28,919 nucleotides of DNA from Hydrurus foetidus (Eukaryota). Of this stretch, positions 1 through 28,919 are shown piece by piece. Numbering within the stretch: position 1 is the first letter of the stretch; each line of letters begins with the position of its first letter. The position numbers and the translations under genes are program-made. A model generated the notes under the pieces. It was not told the origin of the DNA. It searched no databases and saw only the letters and a list, made by a program, of their open reading frames with translations. The stretch covers positions 62,001 to 90,919 of the forward strand of contig UYFQ01000247.1 of NCBI GenBank assembly GCA_900617105.1, in the 5' to 3' direction.

Positions 1-96
1 ACATGACGTGTTAAGCAAGTACAATGTGGTTCCTATGTCTAGACCTATCATTTTCAGTTTACTTCAACTTCTCTCTTTATGTCCCCTCATATCCCA

Positions 97-250
97 CTCT
101 ACCCTGACCTACCCTACCCTAGCCTGACCGGACCGGACCGGACCGGACCTACCCTACCCTAGCCCGACCTAACCTAACCTAACCTGACCTGACCTAACCT
201 GACCTGACCTGACCTGACCTGACCTGACCTGACCTGACCTGACCTGACCT
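97..250 (+). repeat. Compound pentamer microsatellite (CCTAC/CCTAA/CCTGA) with a short (CCGGA/GACC) block
   Basis: Tandem units visible directly, lying just upstream of the acceptor at 290. Confidence 0.9.
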
Positions 251-290
251 TTTTTCTTCCTCATACTCATCTTTTCTTTTTGCATAACAG

Positions 291-443
291 ATGCAAGGCG
301 ACAGTCTAGAGTTGATTGAGACTCCTTTTGCAGCCAAACTGGACCCACAGCTGTTCACCTATTTGACAACCTGCAACTCTGTGCCTGCTTTTTTGTCAAA
401 CGTTACAATGGAACTGTTCGACAGTCAAACGTTCCTAGGCTAA
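291..443 (+). CDS. Probable terminal exon of a gene starting left of the window (MQGDSLELIETPFAAKLDPQ...SQTFLG*), product unknown
   Basis: Pyrimidine tract and aacAG acceptor (251-290) follow an intron-like repeat region. Then a 50-codon stop-free frame ends in TAA at 441-443, followed by an A/G-rich UTR-like stretch. The phase is assumed to be 0. Confidence 0.55.
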   Translation: MQGDSLELIETPFAAKLDPQLFTYLTTCNSVPAFLSNVTMELFDSQTFLG

Positions 444-629
444 TGGAAATGAGTGAAAAAGATAAGATAAGAAAAGAACGAGAAGTATATGAATGAAAAG
501 AATGCGGAGTAAGAGGAGAAAATGAGTGGATAGGAAAGAAAAGAAAAGGAAAAGAAAGAAATAGACATGAGAAAATTATGATGTAATATGAACGTGAGAA
601 TATACGTATAACATAATGATATTTTGTAT

Positions 630-1034
630 TTATGATGACGTACTTGGACGCAAATTTAGGACAGCATTGAACACTGGCGATTCCTTACTGCCATTTCTAC
701 CGAGTGCGCATAAAGTTTGGCCGTGCCATTTCTCCTTGAAGTGACGTGTCTTTTTTATCCCGTGTTCACTTACAACAACGATTTCGTGGTATGCGATTTG
801 GTATGTGATCGCAGGGCTCCTCAGATAGAATTGATTATGAGCGCCGTATTCAAATGAAGAAGCAGAGAAGCGTTTTAATATTATGAGTAACTCCTTCCCA
901 TCAGTTGTACAACCCAAGCAAGGTACGTTACATGCATGCACCACGATCAATAATGTTTTATCGTATAGGAGATTGTCTGCTTCGACATGGCATTTTTGCA
1001 AAACTTGAGAGAATTCATCATCCCACAAGAACAA
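630..1034 (-). CDS. Hypothetical 134-aa ORF without an ATG start; possible exon or gene remnant
   Basis: Non-repetitive open frame with protein-like composition. It starts at TTG with an in-frame TAA five codons upstream, and I recognise no motif. Confidence 0.2.
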   Translation of the reverse strand: MFLWDDEFSQVLQKCHVEADNLLYDKTLLIVVHACNVPCLGCTTDGKELLIILKRFSASSFEYGAHNQFYLRSPAITYQIAYHEIVVVSEHGIKKTRHFKEKWHGQTLCALGRNGSKESPVFNAVLNLRPSTSS

Positions 1035-1283
1035 CTCACATTTAGCAATTTAGATGGTAGTTACACTAAAAAGATTTTATTTCACCATTATAGATATATT
1101 GTGCACTGTCCCTTGGTCTAAAGAACGTTCTCACTTCTCTCAATTCGATTTGTGATCACCGCCGCCAACATCATACATATGATGTCCAGGACATTAACGA
1201 CCACAATCAAGATGACATGGAACCATTAGAAGTAGGCGTTGGCAATCGATGAAAGCAATGGTGTCAGGTCAATTTCTCGGTTG

Positions 1284-2216
1284 ATGATGAGTGACAAGTT
1301 ATTCGCTCATTTTGATAACAAAGATGTTGTTAATCTTCTCGCCTTCATTGGAGGCTACATCGATGCTGCTGGATGGTAATTTCTATGACTCTAATAGTGC
1401 TTCTGTGCAGTGTGCCATATTTTTTCACATTAGTCCGATCGAATGCATTACAGGATAAAGATTGAAGGTGTCTTCGTATCTTCGATCACAGGGAATTTAG
1501 TCGTGGCTTGCGCAAGTATATCGTATTCACATGGTCTGACATGTCGATGCCTTGTCACATTAGCGTTTACTGTAACAGCATTTTGCAGCTCATTCCTTGC
1601 TCTCAAACTAATTGGGGCTTACAAATACCGTAAGAAGCCTCTAGTAATCATCCTCTTCTCAATCGAAGTGGCTCTACTGACCTCTGCCTGGATAGCTGGC
1701 ATTGAATTCGAGGATCAATTTGAGAATACAGTGGTTGATCTTGACTCGTGGAATGTCATTCTTGTGGGTAGCCTAATGGGCGCAGCGATGGGTTCCCACA
1801 ATTCAGCAGCTAAGGAATGTATACCGGACTGTCCAGCAACAACAGTGATGACAACCACTTTAGTGAATCTATCATCAGGATTATCAAACGTTGTCGCACA
1901 ATATCTCGCAACAATACCGTGCCTTCGTCTGATGCCACCGAATGGTCCTAATGGTTCCTACCTTCCTTTGACGACTACAGAAAGAGATTCCCATCAGAAA
2001 TTACTCACAGAATCATATGCAAAGCTTGTAGTGCTTGCGAAACCATTCATATCCTTCCTGATTGGATCAGTCATTGGCGCTGCAGCAATATTGCATCTCA
2101 GTTTTCACAGTTTGTTCATTCCGATTTTCATATTACTTACTGTGATAGCAGACATGCAACTTTTGATAATGAATGAAAACTCTCTAGAAGCTTGCCCCCT
2201 GAAATCATTCGCATAA
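1284..2216 (+). CDS. DUF1275/YoaK-family multi-pass membrane protein; exons 1284-1375 and 1454-2216
   Basis: Splicing the GT-AG intron 1376-1453 gives LLAFIGGYIDAAGWIKIEGVFVSSITGNLVV, matching the family N-terminal GG.xDA...F.S..TGN motif. Also present: MGAAMGSHN, TTVMTTTL, FISFLIGSVIGA and several hydrophobic helices. The start ATG at 1284 is uncertain. Confidence 0.8.
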
Positions 2217-3466
2217 ACGGGATTGTTCCAACACCTTACTCTAATGATCTTCTGATCACAATACGGAATTACCCTGTTAATATCCCAGACACTACGTCAC
2301 TGTCATTATCACGTGAATTATGATAAAATCTACACAAATATTGAGGTTGTGGGATAATTACGAAGAGGAGAACTTCATTGTAATTCTACACAATCTCATC
2401 GGCATCTGCTTCCGTTTTTTTGCATCACATTTGGGAGTGCACTTGTGCGAGGAAAGAAGAGATCAACATCACAGATATGTTTTGTTCGGAAAATCATATT
2501 TAAAAAATTTGGTGCAGATTAGCCGAAACGAAAGTAAATATAAAATTGAAAAAAATGAGAATACCTCCGTGTAAATACTAATGAGGTTAAAAATAATACC
2601 AGATCAAATTGATTTGAGACAAGCAAATAATCAGATCAGTGCCATTCCTTCTTCCCTCAAACATAATGTTCCAAACAGAAAAATTTACCATCTCATCAAA
2701 AGTAACCGACAAAAAGGATTGTTGCAAGAGTGTGAGGTCACATGGATAACCGAAGTAATATGTAATGCCTCTACTTAACGGTCTGGCCTAACGGACATTT
2801 CAAATCAAAAATTAATGCATATTTGATCATGCAGAAATATGAGTTCTACAGGAACTGTCTTGATGACAGTAATTGTGCAGGATCTTTTTATCAGATTGAC
2901 TTGAAATAGAAGAAATGGAATAGAATGGGAATTGGATTGGATAGGTGGCATGCCGTCATGGTGGGTGTGAGTGTTCATTCAATTGTCGTACTGTACGTGC
3001 TGTGTACTGCGCAGTGAAAGGGGAGCATCAACTGTAGAGAGAGTTAGGTACTTGTAGACATTGCGCTACTCAATGCAGTAGCAATAAGCTTGACAACCGA
3101 AGGTGAGTCAGTGCGTGTCGACCGATCTAATGACGCACTGGTGAGTCCTTCGCACTACCGCATAATGTGTAACTCACAAGGAAGGAGAAGAACTCTATGT
3201 GGTCCGTCATGCGAATACTCCTCTCTATCCACCCCAATTCACTCATCTATCATCTAGTGGATGTTGATTTCGGAGTGTAGTGCACTGCCCTGTGGTTTCA
3301 TGTGACAGTTCTTGTAGCAGAGACATGGAGAGCCCGTGATGCAAAGCATCTAATAGAGCTGAGTCACTGGACTTCCACCGCAGTAACGTACTCATCTAGT
3401 GAATTCTGTGTCTATTACCTTAATGGGTTGTCGACTGTTCGACTATTCGGTGCGTTGCAAAGTCTG

Positions 3467-4725
3467 TCAAATAATTCCCTCTACTGCATGATGATGTACT
3501 TGTACACCATTTAGATTATGATCATCTGTAACCATGAGTATTATCGTTTCGCCAAGCACCCAAGGATGTTCCGCTATTTGTTTCAATGTCAGTCTTTCCA
3601 TGGGCTTTGGACGAAGAATATTATACAGCAAATCTACAGCTTCATCGGATAAATGAAAGCCCCACTGACGCAGCATGGCCTCTAGTCCCCCCTCACATAT
3701 TAACCTGTATCGATCATCCAAGTCGTACGCAACAGCCACTGGAGGCACACCAGTGAGCATTATGAATAGTATCACACCAAGTGACCAAATATCAGATTTC
3801 TGCGGATGGAAGTATTGGGTGTTCTCCATTACTTCAGGAGCGATGTAGTTCGGCTTGCCACAAGTGCCCTGTGGGGGTATTAGCAGAAAAGGACGGCTAC
3901 GATCATCATTCGCTCCGTCATCGCCAACACTATCATCATTCCGTACACGGGGCAAACGTAAGCTCATTCCAAAATCGATAAGTTTGCAAACTCCGGACTT
4001 GGAATACATAACATTCTCTAGCGTTAGATCCCTATGGGCAATGCCGGCATCATGCAGATGTTGAAGTCCACTTAATATCTGATTGAATAATTCACGTGCC
4101 CTAGCTTCCGATATAGGTCCCTCCTGATCGACATAATCGTACAATTCGCCTCCATCAGAGAAATCCATAATGGAGTATACATTGTCCTTGTCACTACAGC
4201 ATTCTACTTGGCTCATTATATTGGGGTGCCTTCCAATAAATTGCATCGCAGCAATTTCTGTGTTCGGATTCTCTTGAGTTTTCCCTCGATATGCACGTAG
4301 CCTCACACGATAATATATTTTTATGGCTAGTTGCCGCAATGGAACTGTACGATAAAGGCGTCCGTCTTCTCCCCTACTAAGCTGAATCGCATGGATCACC
4401 TGACCAAAAATGGTTTCTCTTAGTTTTCTCCCTGTCTCATAAAAACTACCGGTATCAGTTTCCATAATAACTTTCATCTCGACAGCTGTTTCGCCCGTCG
4501 TGACGGGAACACGCGCCATTATGCATCTGTGAAAGGTAGGGTTCGGAAATTGAATCGGGTCCGCAATTATATATGACTCCTAAATATCATTCCAAGATCG
4601 ACGCACCTGTGGAAAGTTGGATTCGGAAATTGAATTGGATCCGCGGCTTGTTTGTTGGGCGGGTCATCAAAGCCGCTGCCCTGGTGGTCTGTGCCCTCGC
4701 GCGAAGTCGTCCCTGAGACCGACAT
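3467..4725 (-). CDS. Ser/Thr protein kinase (CAMK-like), about 392 aa; exons 4725-4607 and 4526-3467
   Basis: Kinase motifs LAIK, alphaC Glu (EIAAMQ), HRDLTLEN, DFG, GKPNYIAPE, DIWSLGV and ERLTLKQIAEHPW. An upstream exon (MSVSGTTSREG...ADPIQFPNPTFH) joins in frame through an AG|GTGCGT...CACAG|A intron at 4606-4527. Confidence 0.92.
4527..4644 (-). repeat. 38-nt direct repeat pair (4607-4644 exonic, 4527-4564 intronic), 32/38 identical
   Basis: Minus strand: gcggatccaattcaatttccgaatccaactttccacag versus gcggacccgattcaatttccgaaccctacctttcacag. Confidence 0.95.
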
Positions 4726-5261
4726 CGTGAGGGATTTTGCTCCGATTTCAGATATAAAATGCGTTGCTTGGTGCTTGGCAATTAGCGGTGCGTTAAATTG
4801 CTTCTCAGTGCACTACGTCTTCTTTGATTCTACAATTTTGAGGGGTAACGTAAGTTGTGAAATTTTGCGCGCAATTCCTCCAACTGGCGCTAGGGTAGTG
4901 TTAGTGGACTGAGAGAGAGATTAGAGCAGGGTATAGAGTATCTGAAAAAACAGCTAGTACATTTTTGTAACATCTATTTTAATCACAAATACTTAAAATG
5001 TGGTAATTGTCATCTGATTGGAGATGAACTTTTCAGTTTCGTCTTCGCCACTTTCGTCATCAGGCTTTTTTTAAAAATTAAGCTCACAACGCAGCAGTCT
5101 TCGAAAAACATTTATAATGAGGCTGCAACAACCACCTTTTATGACTCCATGTCAGCGAAGTAGTTGCGACAGCGTGTGATTTAATTTGATTCGACGCTGC
5201 TATTAACTACAGACTTCGTTCCTGATGGATTTTCTTCATTGAACAAATCGAAGTGCTGATT
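4726..5261. promoter_or_regulatory. Divergent intergenic region between the kinase and dynein start codons (putative bidirectional promoter plus 5' UTRs)
   Basis: Head-to-head ATGs at 4725 (-) and 5262 (+), about 540 nt apart. No specific motif identified. Confidence 0.45.
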
Positions 5262-28701
<23,440 letters not shown>

Positions 28702-28846
28702 GTAACACACACAATGTCACAACTGCGATACATGGACACAATTAAATGAACTAAAAATGTGCTTGCATGAACTGACGTACTATAATGCTGTTTTACATGC
28801 GCAAATATGCTTCCTCTCATTCTGACGCACATGTAGAAATATGTCC

Positions 28847-28919
28847 GCACACACACACACATACGCACACACACACACACATACGCACATACGCACACAC
28901 ACATATATATATACACACA
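28847..28919 (+). repeat. (CA)n/(TA)n repeat at the window end, intron 41
   Basis: Seen directly. Confidence 0.85.

Noticed and set aside
168..200. (CCTAA)n, the reverse complement of TTAGG, as a telomere remnant; likewise (TTAG)n at 21447 and (CCTTA)n at 25308
   Set aside because: Only a few copies embedded in a CCTGA array, or not true telomeric units; all are intronic.
2320..2778. Two short plus-strand ORFs (84 and 65 aa)
   Set aside because: AT-rich intergenic or UTR sequence between convergent genes, with no motifs or splice support.
3109..3139. 8-bp hairpin cagtgcgt...acgcactg downstream of the kinase
   Set aside because: A stem this short is expected by chance, and there is no SECIS or other RNA motif.

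Overview
Eukaryotic, intron-rich genomic window from a flagellated organism. A stramenopile-like protist is my inference and is not proven. From left to right it holds: the last exon of an upstream gene (291-443, +); a two-exon DUF1275/YoaK-type membrane protein (1284-2216, +); a two-exon Ser/Thr protein kinase (4725-3467, -); and, head-to-head with the kinase, a large axonemal inner-arm-type dynein heavy chain (+). I traced 41 dynein exons by hand (about 3,190 codons, 5262-28701); the gene runs off the right end. Dynein introns are full of microsatellites and contain two MITE-like foldback elements. The most striking observation is in the kinase: its 80-nt intron ends in a 38-nt copy of the end of exon 1, and all 6 differences are synonymous third-position changes. 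Other observations: every donor has G at exon position -1; a stop-free in-frame intron splits the AAA1 Walker A motif; intronic repeats are polarised 5' to 3'; there is a probable GC-AG intron; and one exon has no usable AG acceptor. Most short ORFs in the supplied track are repeat or antisense artefacts.
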